From Gekko japonicus (Eukaryota): a stretch of 64,000 bases of DNA. Shown piece by piece: positions 37,500 through 51,295 of this stretch; within the stretch, counting starts at the first letter, position 1, and each line of letters begins with the position of its first letter. The notes beneath the pieces are model-generated. The model did no database searches, was not told where the DNA came from, and worked only from the letters and a program-made list of their open reading frames with translations. Location of the stretch: NCBI RefSeq assembly GCF_001447785.1, contig NW_015173696.1, positions 322,103 to 386,102 on the forward strand, written 5' to 3'. The position numbers and the translations under genes were made by a program.

Positions 37500-37677
37500 C
37501 AGTGTTCCCTCTAAGCTGCAACAGTGTGAGCTAACTCACAGTTTTTTAGCCTCCAGCTCACATTTTTGTCTTAGCTCAGGAAGAATGGCTCCAGAGCAAA
37601 CTAATTTAAGCAGCAGCCAAATTGCTTGCGCACAGCTTTAATGCCAGTAGCTCACAGAGTACTTAGAGGGAGCATTG
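37500..37677. mobile_element. hAT MITE (CAGTGTTCCCTCTAAG family), nested
   Basis: TIRs as at 30093; TSD ttcgtgac / ttcatgac. Confidence 0.85.
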
Positions 37678-38214
37678 TTCATGACATGGTAGAACAGCTT
37701 CCTAGCATGCTAGAGACTCCAAACTTGCTGGGAATCTCTGGCTGACTCTCCTTTACCTGCTATCCATGTTTGGTGAAGATTGGATTTACGAGGTCTGAGT
37801 TACTGCCTCCCCCAAAGAAGGTGCCCCCATCCTCCATTGTTTCCAATGGACTATGGTCAAGCCAGAAAATCGCTCAGAAGAAAATGAAGATGTGAGACAT
37901 TTTTGAAAGCTGAGCAAAACAAGTGTAATGTGCCTGCAGACCCAGTGCCACTGTGGCAGTGCAAACCCAACAGGACTGAGGTCAAACCAGATAATCTCTG
38001 CAGTAGAAACTGAAGGTGTTTGGGGGCATTTTTGCAAGCCCAGCAGAACTGAGTGTCACTGTGGCAATGCAAGGAAAAGGACTAATGTCAAGCCAGAGAA
38101 TCCCTGCATTTACAATGTGCAGAATGCCCAGCAGAACCCAGTGCCACTGTCATTGCAAGCATCAACAGTATGCTGTCAAAGCACAGAGTCACAACAAATA
38201 CAAGCAAGGGGGTG

Positions 38215-39330
38215 TGTTACCATGTGTGCTTTCATATGTATTATCTGAGCTATGATGATGCTGTTTATCTGTAAAATGTCTTTGCATTTCTGCATGTGGG
38301 ATAAGGGAATTGCTGTGTCTTGAATTGCTTGCTTTGCACCTCATGCCTGCATCTGGATGAGCAGGGCTTGTGCTGCCTATGCTAATGAACACGTGCATAC
38401 CCGCACCTTCCCGGCGTGCCTTGGGACAAAGAAGACAATCACCATTAAGCTCAGCTTGGGAACTTGGAAGAACAACAGGTTTCCCGCCATTATAGATCTT
38501 TGGGACAACATGTAACCCTCTCTATCTGGTTTGGCATCACAAAGAACAACATCCGTTATTGCCTTCATGGACCAGGCATCTCTGCAAGTCAAAGGTTGCC
38601 ATGGGAATACAACTTTGACACCTTGCCACATGGCTCCCCTTTGAAGTTAGGCTAGAATTTGAATAGTGCCCCACTCCCATATAGGTAGAACGTCACAACC
38701 CGTCAGAGCTATAGACATAGAGAAGGGGACGGATTTTAGGTATAGATTGGCCTTAAGCCAACCTCCAAAACTAGGTTTTAAAAAGAGAAACACAGCCTTT
38801 GTTTCTCTGGTTAACCCACCTTCCCTAATACTTTCACCTTTGCAACTTAAGTGTACTGCAGGTGATTCTTGAGGTGTTCTCTGGAGTCGCGACCAGAGAA
38901 CCCGCACGTGTCTGGCAGGACCATTCCGTGTGTTTATAGAGTCCCTAAAGTTACTTTTGTCCCCATTCTCGCAATTGAGGAGATTTATTCTCAACTGGAA
39001 CTCAGATAAGTATAATCACTATACTTCTGTGTTACCCCATTGTTTGTTGAAGTTATTATTTTCAATACTATTTGCTTTCTGTATCTGCTGTGAACTAAAG
39101 GAGCTTGAGCGAATCTGTGAATGTATCTGTTTTCGTGTGCTTGAGAACTACTTAGTAAAGACAACATTTATTCATTAAACCTAGTGTGTTGTCTCAATTC
39201 CTGGGAAATAGGACCGTTCGTTTCTGAATCTGCCCTCTGGATACACAGGTAAATTACTCATGCACGCCCACGGCCGTACATAAGACAGAATTGGGCCTTC
39301 GGAACCATCCTTAGAGGAGTTCCGGTATCA
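38215..39330 (+). mobile_element. Solo LTR, 1116 bp, nested in hAT
   Basis: TGTTACC...GGTATCA ends, 4-bp TSD ggtg (38211-38214 / 39331-39334), ATTAAA at ~39174. Confidence 0.8.
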
Positions 39331-39799
39331 GGTGGGTTTTGAAAGCCCTATGCAAGAAAATGGAAACACAGGAAGGAAGGCAAAGGAGAGGGGGAAAACC
39401 CTCTTGAAACTGACATGACTAGTTTGAAACTGACCAGAGTATTTCCAAGGCTGGAGAATCCCCCCTCCTGTTGTTTTGAAGTATGGTAAACATTTTGATT
39501 GAACAGAGACAGTCTGTCTGGAAAGGTACCTATTCACCAGCCAGCACAAACCTCCACAAACAGCTTGAAAGTTCATGGCAGGTTAATTGGCACAAACTTT
39601 GTGCCCGTTAACCTGTAATGAACTTTGCTTCATGAAACACTTAACTTCATGAAACAGACAAAATTAGTCAAGAACTTTAGTTCATGAGCTGGTTTGTGCC
39701 CATCCATAAATATGGATAGCATTTAGGAAGCCTGGAGAAGGGAAAATATCTATTAACCACTCATTGGGAGCATCACTATTTCTCACCAATGCACTATAG

Positions 39800-40780
39800 G
39801 GAGACTATAGGACCCTAAACAGCTGCCTGGAGGCAGTTTTGAAGTGAATGCAGGCTAATAAACTGAAGCATAATCACAAGAAGATGGAAGTGCTACAAGT
39901 AGGTGGAAGGACTGACCCAAGATTTAAGGAGTCACCCATTCTGTATGGGGTTGCACTCTCATTGAATGAACAGACTTCTAGTCTTGGGGTGCTCTTGGAC
40001 CCAGACCTACTGCTGCATAAGCAGGTGGCAGCTGTTGCCAAGAGTGCCTTTTACCAGCTTCGACTGGTTAGCCAGCTGTGGCCTCTCCTGGGAAGAAAAG
40101 ATCCAGCCACTGTGGTGCTTGCTCTGGTTACATTTAGATTAGATTACTGCAATGCATGCTACATGGGGCAGCCCTTGAAAAGTGTTTGGAAACTTCAGTT
40201 GCTACAGAATGCTGTAACCAGGATGTTGATTGGAGTGGGTTGTAAGGAGGGACCAGGTTTTGCTCATCTGCATTGCCCCAATTGGCTTCTGAACACACTT
40301 CAAGGTGCTAGTGTTGAACTTCTAAGCCCTATGGAAACAACATACCCGAAGGATCACCTACTACAGCCATCTTCGGAGACCCTACTTCAGGTACCCTCAC
40401 CTTCTGAAATTACGCATGTGGCATCCCAGGAGCAGGACCTTCTCAGCTGTGGAACCAAAACTCTGGAGCGCTCTCCCAAGATGAATCTCTGCACCCTTCT
40501 GTTGCTGTCTCCCACCAGTGGGTGAAGACTTTTTTGTTTCATTTTACATTCCCTCAGTGATTCCTCCTTCCTAACCAATGTTTTAATTATTATTTCTATG
40601 CCTTTGTATGTATTTTAGCTCTATGTTTAATTGTTTTAATAATGTGTGTTTTATGTGTGGAGGGTATGGTTTTAAATGGTTTAAAATGTGATTTTATTAT
40701 GTATGTTTTTATTTGTTAGCTGCCTTTGTGGCCCTTGTGAAGGCAGAAAGGTGAGATATAAATTTTGTAAATAAAATAAA
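39800..40780 (+). mobile_element. L2 LINE 3' fragment
   Basis: SLGVLLD..L..QVAAVAKSAFYQLR...RLDYCNA.YMG.PLK..KLQLLQNA; (taaa)n tail. Confidence 0.9.
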
Positions 40781-41917
40781 CCCAAATCCCACAACATTCA
40801 TCTTTGATCCAGTAGGATTCCCCTTGCTAACAATTCAGCAAACATCAAATTAATATAAAATTACTGAGACCCTCAAACATTACTGAAAGTCTTGTCTCTC
40901 CAACTGAAAACAGAATTGGTATTTCCAACTCTACATGGTAATATAACTCTAAATTCTGAGAATCACCAGCCTTTTTCACTCACTCATTTCTGGCACTATG
41001 ACTGTGTATATGGAATGAATGCACTGCATAAGAATCTCCCAGTACACGCGATTGATTTTTTGGTTTTGGTTTTTTTAAAGGAGCCATGTATGGATTTTCC
41101 ATCTTGGTATGTATATACCGACACCAGATTAATCTGAGGTCTTGTACATGTGTTGCCCCTTTCACGTGTCCTGTATGTGTTGTCAAATGTAATGACTAAG
41201 CAGGGGTATTATTAATTACAAATGTGAGTCTTTTTACCTATATTTGATTTGGACCAGACATGTTTAGGTCCCTTACCATTAGGGCTTCGTTTAAAAAATA
41301 TACTAAGCTACTTTGCTCTTTCTCCACCCATCTAACTCAAATATGCATATACTGATTCATGAGTCAGATTTGCACTAGAAGAGTGTAATGTCCTATGCGC
41401 TCCTGTTCGTGCTGAAAACACAGTATTCACAATTATGACCATGGAGACCTGATTCAGATATTGTAATACTTATAAAACAATTTACTTCCTTTTATGTTAA
41501 TTTACTACTTATTTATTTTTAACATAAAGAGATTGGAATAAGAGCTTTGTTTCCAGGCTAATTCAAAGTCTAATAAATTCAATAATGCATGTGCCAGAAG
41601 AGTGCTTTAGGAAATGGTTTGTCTTCCAAAATCACAAATTAACACAACAAAACAGAAAATATATCTTTTTGTACTGTATTTAGGGGAGCATGAGAAAATC
41701 TTGGGAAAGTGCTGTTTGTGATGGAAATGATAAGGTTAACAGTTCAGTTACTTACACAAATGCTGCTTTAGGTTACGTCTGAAACACTGGAGTAAGAAAA
41801 GCAAATCAGTTACTCAACACTGCTTCACAAGAACATCTAACACTGGGATGTGCAGTCAGATATAATGACCCAATAAAATGTTTGGTTCTCGCATTATCAT
41901 GTTGGGTCAGCAATATC

Positions 41918-42131
41918 AAGGGATGGGCATGAACCGGCTGAAGAACTAAAGTTTATCATGAATTTGGGGCAGTTCGTAGTTCACTGTGCTATCAATGAGA
42001 GAACCAAACATGAAACTAAGCAAACTCCAGAGGATGATAGAAGACAGAAGGGCCTGGTGTGATGTGGTCCATAGGGTTGAGCCATGAACCATGAACTGAA
42101 CTGCAAAAAATATGGTCTGTGCCCATCCCTA
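41918..42131. mobile_element. Short TAGGGATGGGCAC hAT derivative containing a BovB 3' fragment
   Basis: AAGGGATGGGCAT / GTGCCCATCCCTA, TSD gcaatatc/gcaacagc. Positions 42011-42077 resemble BovB 19786-19852. Confidence 0.65.
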
Positions 42132-42440
42132 GCAACAGCTAAAACAGCAAAAGGCTTCCCAATAGTTTCTCAAGTTCAATCATTTTCATCTGATAATTAT
42201 CAGAAAAATCCAGAATTAGGTTCTGAGGCTGGTTCTCAGTTCTGTGCAGCTTGCCCAGGACAGCGGGGAGGGGAGAAAGAGAGATGGGTCTCTCAGCCAA
42301 TATGATCCTGGGGAGGATCAAGAGAGGTGCACTTGGATAATCAGACTATCCTGTGCAGCAATTTGCCTCCCACAAGTCCTCGCTGGCTGTAAAAAAGCCT
42401 TGGATTATTTTGATTGCCCTACCTGGAAATTGTTTGGAGT

Positions 42441-42472
42441 AGTCGGACTCGACTGTGCGACTGAACAACAAC
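42441..42472 (+). mobile_element. Ultra-short BovB 3' terminus
   Basis: 31 nt identical to 19860-19890. Confidence 0.8.
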
Positions 42473-43829
42473 ACAGAGATGGAGTATATGTGGCCTGGAC
42501 TTCAGATTTTTCTGCTGGGCCCTCACCTGGACTACGGTCTGGTTTGATTCATTTTGATTATTATTAGTAGCTGGCTTTTCTTTTTCTGTGGTGGTGGTGG
42601 TGGTTAGTTAAAAAGAGCAAACACTTATATTCACTGGAACGGGGGAATGGAAAGTTGCTTTGTTTTTATTAACATACTATTCTTGTTCTATTTTTTTAAT
42701 GTGTTGTGTTTGGGGGATGCCATTTAGTTTTTTAAAAAAGTTACTCCACAAAACCTGCTATTTTTCCCCACAGGAAAAAAAAACAGAAGGATGAGAGGGC
42801 ACCTTCCACAGTGGTCCTTAAAATCAGACCCTTTTGTCCAATTCACTTGAAACTTGGTGGGGTCATTAGTAGAGAGAGAGGACTATCAACATGACTTTAC
42901 AATACAATATAAACTGACATTTAATGAAAATGATAATTATGCCCTTTCTGAAATTATGATACAAAATTAAAACAATGGTTTTTCAAGTGTGCCCCTTTTT
43001 CTTACACTAGGACAAGAATTAGGGAGAAGCATACACTTTACTAGAGTGGAGGGTGGGCAAACGGTAAGCTTATTACTATGACATGGTCAATTTATGCTTT
43101 CAGAAACACAATAGAACTTTTTCATGACTTGTGACATTGTTTCTATTGGATAGAATTATGATGTTGGGGCTTACTTTACAAGTTTGTACCAGGCCCAAAG
43201 AAAATTTGCTTGAGTCTTCCTCTGCATGAGTGAGGAATTGCTCAAATTGAAAATATTCATCCAAGCACCCATGGCCAGTACCATTCTATTTGAGATTAAG
43301 GTGTTCACTACAGATTGTGCCTTCCCTGAATTTCCAGCTAGCCTGTTCTCCCACACTGGGATCTGAGCTTTCATTTCCATGGCTAAAGCATAATCTATAG
43401 TGATATTGAAAGTTCCAGTCTGGATATGATCTGAATAATTTTGAGGGAAACCAAAAATAATGTTGCTAAAACTAGTTCATCACAGAAGTTTTACAAATCC
43501 AAGTTGCCAGGGGATTTTGCCTAAAGTGTCAACTGAAGAAAATCTAGGGTTTCCTCAGGCAAAACTTCAGAAGGATTTAAAGCAAATTCAAGAGTTGTAA
43601 CAACATGAGCAACTCTTTTCAAAGGAGTTTCCTTTGCTTTAATTGTGGCTATCTTTTGGGCCTTCTGCAGGTGCCACCCTGCAATTGACTAAGATCAACA
43701 ATGGTCCCTATGCCTCTTTTTTGTGACCCCCACATTGAAGAAGGCTCCCATGCTTCTGGCATTCCACAAACGATGGGAAAAAAAGAATTGTTCAGGAGAG
43801 CACTTTTATAAAAGTAACAGGGCTATAGT

Positions 43830-44340
43830 TTATTTATCTATTTAAAGCATTTATTAGCTGCTTTTCTTTCTTACAGAGCTCATAGTGGCCTACAACATAG
43901 ATAAAATACATAAAATAGAAGACATAAAAACATAAAACCCAAAATCTAAAATCACAATTCAGGACTGCTAATAAATGTAACCCAACTGAGTCCTAAATAA
44001 AACCATCTCCTAAAGATCAAAAGCAAGGAGGTCAGGCACAACTCCTAGGGAGGTTGTTCCATAATTGTGGGGCTGCTACTGAAAATGCTCTCTCTCATGT
44101 ACCCACCAGACAAGCTTCTTTGAATGATGGGAGGGCCTCTCCCTGTGATCTTAATTCCTAGGCAGAAACATATGGGAGAAGATACTCCAATCCCAAGCAA
44201 TGTAGGGCTTTAAAGGTCAAAACCAATGCTTTGAACTAGGCTCAGGAGTGGATTGGTAGCTACTGTAATTACTGTAATAACAGGGCCACATGTTCCTGAA
44301 AGCTGGCACTGACCACCAGTCTATCCACTGCATTCAGTAC
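43830..44340 (-). mobile_element. Diverged L2 3' fragment
   Basis: gggctttaaaggtcaaaacca (reverse of LVLTFKAL) and a (ttta)n tail at the left end. Confidence 0.65.
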
Positions 44341-46628
44341 TATAGCACAATGGAATGATTCAGGAAGGTGTTGTAATAAAGGGGACAGAATTGTGGACTA
44401 TATGACTGTATAGCATTATTATTTGTTTGCTGTATCTGTTATGTTGATCTCAATATATCGTTTTCAACTTATGTCATACCATCTTCTGCATTGTTTAACA
44501 TATCATGTGTATGCTTTGTTTCAGATTTCTGTAGTCCTAGTGATATTACATTGCTTATTAGATGTCTTATCCTATTGATTGCATTGATTTACACTGTGCA
44601 ATCCAGTTTGCCTCTCAGTGAGAAAGGCAGGCTATCATAAGTAAATAAATAAATTAAATAAATATGTCACCAAGACACATCTTCTCATTGGGTTTCCAAA
44701 ATGATGTGTCAAAGATACATTTTAGGGGGACACATGAACATACTGAACATCTGGCAATGACATTTCTCAGACTGTAAAGTGTATTGAAGTGATCCCAACT
44801 GCTACATCTTCAAAGCAGTGATGGCACTGTTTTGAAAAGTGGTTTCACTCATACTTCTAAACCTTTAACATATTTGCTATTTTTGTCACTATAAAGAAGA
44901 GAGATCCATACTTTATTTTTTCCCAAAGGAGCACTACAGTTCTGAGCATTCTAACAAGCCTATGTGCCATTCAAAAAGCCTCAGGGCCCTCATGTTGCCC
45001 ACCCTTGCTCTGCACAGAAGGAGTGTGAAAGCACCCTAAGGCTAAAGAACATGTATGAAGCTAATGATCTCATCTGTTTAATCAAGCTCTGACATTTTAA
45101 TAATAGATTATGAATAAGTAATGATCCTTCTACATAGCTGGAGAGAAGAAAACAAAGATGAAGCAATGGGGTCATTATAACTTAGGAACGTGGATCAAAA
45201 TGTGCTGGAGCAGGTAGCAACTAAATGTGAATATGACTGTTGTAAAAGAGATGTCGGTTGGGCCAGCAGTATGATAGCTTTGGATATACACTAAATCCTA
45301 ATATAAACTCAGTTTCCTGTAAAAGAAAAAGAATACCCACCCAGACCCATTTTCTTCACATAGCAAAAAAAAATAAATGACCTTTAAACTACCTTGACAA
45401 ATAGCAGCTGACTAGAAAATTACAGTCATTAGCAGGATATCTTGAGAGTAGACTATTGTAAAAAATGATACTAAGAGACAGATGTTAACAATTTGCAACC
45501 CCAAAAGACAGCTACAATAAAACCCTACATTTTTAGCCTTCTAAAGCCTTGCTGTTGAGAGTCAGCCTAAAATGTAAAATGCATACATTTCCTTTCTCTT
45601 TGCCGGAGTGAATTATACGGCCAAAGCACTGGAAGCATTCCACTGCATAGATTAATCAGATAAAAACTGTCTTAAAAATACAGACATCTGTCAGTATTTG
45701 ACAATGAGGATTCTAAATTGAGATCACTTACATTTGGTCTAGCCCAAGTACTGGTAGGAAAGCTATAAGTCACAAACTGGCTTCCTGATTACTGAGTACT
45801 GCTTTCAAAGATACTTCCTAAACACATGGTGGGGAGTGTGCGCAGGTGTTTTAAAAATGCATGTAAATGTAATGCTGGTAGGGTAATATAGAAGTCTCTT
45901 TTCCAACACAGAATAGTCTTCAGCAAAACTCTGGAACATGACACAGTGAATGTATATCTTCCTGGGGAAATTAGGAGATACATTACACTTCTAGTGCTGT
46001 GCTGATAATTAAGAGATGGAGAAAGTAGGTGACTTAGGTCCCTTTCATATGAGCGCTTTAACCCATTTTGGCTTCTGAAGAGAAACAGAATGTTTTTTAG
46101 TTTACACACACCTTAAGGATAAACCGCTGTCTTCCCACAGTTAATGAATCTTTAATCGGTGTGGGGGGTCTAATCCTGTTTTGATACCGTTTTGTGGCAC
46201 CTTATCCTTAGGGAGCCCTTTGAGAAACATTTGGAGAATACATAACATTTGTTAGAGCTAGTGTGATGCATGGCACCACTTACACTGCTGGATGGTACTG
46301 CTATTAGCTCCTTTGTGAAATATTGTGTTACTTGTGTGGCTGCATGTAAGATTTGCAATGAAGCCAATAGCAGCTCCACAGGGAAGAGAAAGCAACGTGG
46401 AGAGGAAGATGACAGCTGCTTCTGCCCACATGCCCTGGTCATAAGGAGAAAATGATTTGCATGAATCTGGCAGACTCAAAATTCCCATTAAATGTCTGAT
46501 GCAAAGTCCTTCTGTTTTTGTCCAGCCAGCACAAGGAATCTGTAATGTGTAAAGAGACCTTCATACTAGGATTTGGGAAGCCTGGAATGGAATCCCCACT
46601 GTGCTAGAATGCATACTGGGTGATCATT

Positions 46629-47480
46629 ATGGGTGTGCAAGAAAAAAATGTCATTTTTGGGGGGGGTTACAGTATAACAGACCCAAAAAAAATTGGTAAA
46701 TACCGAATTTCCCCAGTCCAATAGTGGTAAAGTATCGGGACTGGGGAAATGATCAGTATTTCCAAATATATTTGGATCTATTATACCAGCGGGGAGGGGA
46801 GGGAGGCATGTTAAAATGCCTTCCTGCCCTTGCCAAGCCCTGACAGTCAGCTGTTTGGTTTAGGCCTTTTAAACCTAACAGCTGACAGGTGGAAGGGAGT
46901 GAAACTGACCAGTGGAAGCCTCCTCCCCTCTGCCTTCCCTTCCACAACTGCCCCCCCCACGCCCGAGGCAGGGCAGCTGTGGAAGGGAAGGCAGAGAGCC
47001 AAGGCATGTTTAAATGCCTTTTTTCTCTCTCCCCAACCTGGTTCGGCGGGGGAAAGAATGTAATTTAAACATGCCTTGGCTCTCCCTGCCTTCCTTCCTT
47101 GAGTCCTCTGCAGCAATGGCCAGGCTCGTGGAGGGAAGGGAAGGCATGCTTACATGGCAGGGCAGTTAGAGAAGTGAAGGGAATGTATATAAGCAGGCCT
47201 TGGTTCTCTGCCTTCCCTTGTCCAGCTGCCCTGCAACAGTAGGGCAGTTGGAGAAGGGAAGGCAGAGAACATAGGCAGGTTTAAATGCCTTTCTTAATCT
47301 CTCCAAGCCTGCACTGTCTCTGCCTTCCCTCCCCGAGTCCCCCCACAGCAGTGGCGAGGGGAGGGGAGGGGAGGCACTCCTCCCATGTAAACCAATCAGC
47401 CCAGGGCTCAGGAGTGGGAGGAGTGGAAAGAAGCACTGAAATGTCTCCCAGGGAGGCATTTAAACCCAACAGCTGACTGG
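46629..47480. mobile_element. Non-autonomous DNA-transposon fragment with repeated internal palindromes
   Basis: Start resembles TAGGGGTGTGCA; recurring hairpins ctctgccttcccttccacaactgcc / ggcagctgtggaagggaaggcagag. No right end found. Confidence 0.5.
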
Positions 47481-47667
47481 TGCTTCATTTTTTTGCTTCA
47501 GTCTGTCAGTTCACAGACTTAGACTAGAGTAATTCTTTATAAGATTGCACTGTCTGACAGAGCTTTCCCTCCCCAGACTCTTTTTGACCTGTCAAGGCAG
47601 TCATATGCTTATTTACTTGGAAATAAACTGAATCCAGTAGGTTTTGTTTTCAAGTAAGCAAGCTTAG

Positions 47668-49200
47668 GGAGCTCAAGTGGTTAAGATGCTGAACTGAAGG
47701 CTGTGGAAGGCCGGTAGTTCAGCAGTTCGAGACCCAAGCAGTTCGAGACAGAGAGTGAGTATAAATGGGCAGTTCTCTCAGTGGAGGGGGGTAAGCAGTG
47801 GGGTACCGCAGGGATCAGTACTTGGTCCACTGCTTTTTAACTTGTTCATTAATGATTTGGAGTTGGGAGTAAGCAGTGAAGTGGCTAAATTTGCGGATGA
47901 TACGAAGTTGTTCAGGGTGGTGAAAACCAGTGAGGATTGTGAGGCACTCCAAAGGGATCTGTCAAAGATGGGCAAGTGGGCGTCAACATGGCAAATGGGG
48001 TTCAATGTGGCCAAGTGCAAGGTGATGCACATTGGAGCCAAAAATCCTAAATATAAATACACATTGATGGGGTCTGAACTGGCAGAGACAGATCAAGAGA
48101 GAGATCTTGGAGTTGTAGTAGATAACTCACTGAAAATGTCAAGACAGTGTGTGACTGCAATAAAGAAGGCCAATGCTATGCTGGGGATTATTAGGAAGGG
48201 TATTGTAAACAGATCAGCCAATATCATAATGCCGCTATATAAATCAATGGTGCGACCTCATCTGGAATACTGTGTGCAATTCTGGTCACCACACCTTAAA
48301 AAGGATATTATAGCTTTGGAAAAAGTGCAGAAAAGAGCAACTCGAATGATAAAAGGGTTGGAACACTTTCCCTATGAGGAAAGGTTAAAGCGCTTAGGGC
48401 TCTTTAGCTTGGAGAAAAGACGACTGAGGGGTGACATGATCGAGGTTTATAAGATTATGCATGGGAAAGAGCAGGTAGAGAAAGAGGTACTTTTCTCCCT
48501 TTCTCACAATACAAGAACCCGTGGGCACTCCATGAAATTGCTGAGCGGTCGGGTTAGAACGGATAAAAGGAAGTACTTCTTCACCCAAAGAGTGATTAAC
48601 ACTTGGAATTCACTGCCACAGGAAGTGGTGGCAGCTACAAGCATGGACGGCTTCAAAAGGGAATTAGATAAGCATATGGAGCAGAGGTCCATCAGTGGCT
48701 ATTAGCCACAAGGTATAGATAGGGACTCTGGGGCAAGTGATGCTCTGTCATCTTGGTGCTTGGGGGGGGGTCAACAGTGGGAGGGCTTCTAATGTCCTGG
48801 CCCCACTGGTGGACCTCCTGATGGCACTGGTATTTCTGGCCACTGTGTGACACAGAGTGTTGGACTGGATGGGCCTTTGGCCTGATCCAACATTGGCATC
48901 TCTTATGTTCTTATGTTCTTATGTTCAAGTTGCCGCATGACGGAGTGAGCTCCCGTCTCTATTTCCAGCTCCTGCCAACCTAGCAGTTCGAAAGCAAGAA
49001 ATTGCAAGTAGATGAATAGGTACCACTTCAGTGGGAAGGTAACAGCATTCTGTGCGCCTTGGTGTTTAGTTATGCCGGCCACATGACCACGGAAATGTCT
49101 TCGGACAGCGTTGGCTCTTTGGCTTTTAAACGGAGATGAACACCGCAACCCTAGAGGCGGATTTGACTGGGTTTCGAGTAAGGGAACCTTTACCTTTTAA
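47668..49200 (+). mobile_element. Sauria SINE split by a CR1 insertion
   Basis: The two halves (47668-~47749, 48926-49200) join into a near copy of 50637-50987. (ACCTTT)n tail, TSD aagcaagcttag (47656-47667 / 49201-49212). Confidence 0.9.
47750..48925 (+). mobile_element. Young CR1 LINE, 5'-truncated; RT ORF 47755-48705 stop-free
   Basis: SGVPQGSVLGPLLFNLFINDL...KFADDTKL...LEYCVQFWSP...RLRGDMIEVYKI...TRGH; octamer tail (TCTTATGT)3. Confidence 0.95.
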
Positions 49201-50636
49201 AAGCAAGCTTAGAATTGCAGACTGCAGCTTTTTATTACCAAAGCTTATTACTAATAATAAAAGAAGTATAAAATTGAGAGAGAAGCATGTGGTATTTATA
49301 AGTGCTTGGAGGTGGTATTACCAAGTTTGTTGATACTGTTGATTGCATGGTATCATGTATGTTCATGGTTCTGTGTTGCCTGCTCTCCCATTCAGTCCAA
49401 TTTTTTTCAAGAATAATGATTGCTTAATTTCATTTGTTCATTTAGTCATTCGATTTATACCCCACCCTCCCCGCCAAGGCAGGCTCAGGGCTTTGTGGCA
49501 TCAGAGAAAACTTGAAATAGAAACAGTTAAGATGGTTCAGGTCATGAGTGCTAGGTGACCTGTTTTAATGTTTCTGGCTGTCTGATGATAAATAGACTGA
49601 TGATGATGACGACAATGATGATGGTGCTGCCGCTGCCAAACAACAACATCAAAACACTGGGCTCTGAATTTTCAAAGCTGACATCAAACATACCCTTGTT
49701 AAGTAAAATACAATGGAGTACTATCAAAGAGATAAAAAGATATTATGAACATAATTAAATGGAGGCACCACAGTAAAGGTAATTAACTTGTGGGTAGTCC
49801 CAGTTTTAAGATATTGATTGGCAACACGATAATGGGAATTAACATGTGGGCAGTCCCAGTTCTAAGATATTGATTGGAAACAAGCATTGGATTACAAAAC
49901 TTGTAAGATAATTATGATGCATTGCCTACTACACCCTAGAAGTGATCTTGATCATCTTTTCTTACCAAGAAAACTAGGTGGAAGATGTCTCCTGAAAGTT
50001 AAGCAAGCAGCTGAAGAAGAAAAACAAGCACTGAATGACTACACCAAGAAAAGCAAAGAGAAGCTTCCAGTTGAAGTACACAAGGCAGACTTAAGGTTAC
50101 AGAAACGAAAGAAGATTGCAAAAAATTGCAATTAAAACTCACTTTGACAACTGGAAACAAAAGCACTTTCATGGGCAGTATTTTAAAGACATAGAGAACA
50201 AAGTTGATAATGGAAACACCTGCAAGTGGCTCCAAAATAGGCATTTGAAGAAAGAAACGGAAGGGCTCATTCTAGCTGCAAAACAGCAGGCACTCGAAAT
50301 AAATAGTATGAAAGCCAAGATTCCAAAGACCAGTGATGATAGCAAATGTTGACTTTGCAAGACAAAGGATGATAGCAGACCACATGGTCAGTGCCTGCAG
50401 TAAAATTGCTCAAACTGACTATAAAGAACATCATGATAGAGTTGCAGGTATGTTGCACTGGAATCTTTGCAAGAAGTATGGCTTAACATCAACCAGGAAT
50501 TCATGGGAGCAGAAATCAGACAAGATCATACAGAATGATGAAACAAAGATTCTGTGGAGTCTCTGATTACAAAAAGATAAAAACACACAATTGTAGGGGG
50601 AAAATGAGGAATAGGGCTTAAGTAATTGATATTGCA

Positions 50637-50987
50637 GGAGCTGCGGTGGCTCAAGTGGTTAAGACGCTGAACTGCAGGCTGTGGAAGGTCGGTAGTTCAG
50701 CAGTTCGAGACCCGAGTTGCCGCATGACGGAGTGAGCTCCCGTCTCTAGTTCCAGCTCCTGCCAACCTAGTAGTTCGAAAGCAAGAAATTGCAAGTAGAT
50801 AAATAGGGACCACTTTGGTGGGAAGGTAACAGCATTCCGTGCGCCTTGGTGTTTAGTTATGCCGGCCACATGACCACGGAAACGTCTTCGGACAGCGCTG
50901 GCTCTTCGGCTTGGAAACGGAGATGAGCACCGCAACCCTAGAGTCGGACTCGCCTGGCTTTCGAGCAAGGGAACCTTTACCTTTACC
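50637..50987 (+). mobile_element. Sauria SINE, full length
   Basis: tRNA head ggtggctcaagtggtt...gttcgagaccc, (ACCTTT)n tail, perfect 14-bp TSD taattgatattgca (50623-50636 / 50988-51001). Confidence 0.92.
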
Positions 50988-51126
50988 TAATTGATATTGC
51001 AATCCCAGGCGATAGGAGAATAGAAAAGAAAAAACAGGAGAAGATCACAAAATACCAAGACCTATGAGCAAAGTTAGAGTGCCTCTTGGAGAAGAACATG
51101 ACCATCATGCCAGTTGTTATTGGAGC

Positions 51127-51295
51127 CAGAGTTGTTGTTGTTTTTTTAAAGAGCTGCCAGAAGACTCAAGAGGGAAATGAAGTTTTCAATATGTATACCG
51201 AAAACTCATGAACTTTTAAACATTTTTAAAAGAATTTTGTTGTAGAGGTTCTGGAACTCCATTCTGGTGCATTCCCCCAGAAAAAAAAAAACCTG
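51127..51295. mobile_element. hAT MITE (CAGGG-T-run type) nested in R4
   Basis: CAG...CTG ends with T/A runs; perfect 8-bp TSD attggagc. Confidence 0.75.

Larger units (their letters stand above)
37372..39708. mobile_element. Non-autonomous hAT (Ac-like TAGGGATGG TIR) hosting two nested insertions
   Basis: TAGGGATGGGCACAAA / TTTGTGCCCATCCATA, perfect 8-bp TSD aatatgga (37364-37371 / 39709-39716), internal degenerate repeats at 37930-38190. Confidence 0.85.

Noticed and set aside
44700-46550. Repeat-poor stretch that might hold exons or conserved enhancers (also ~32100-34250 and ~57800-59300)
   Set aside because: No coherent exon or recognisable peptide, and conservation cannot be judged without alignments.
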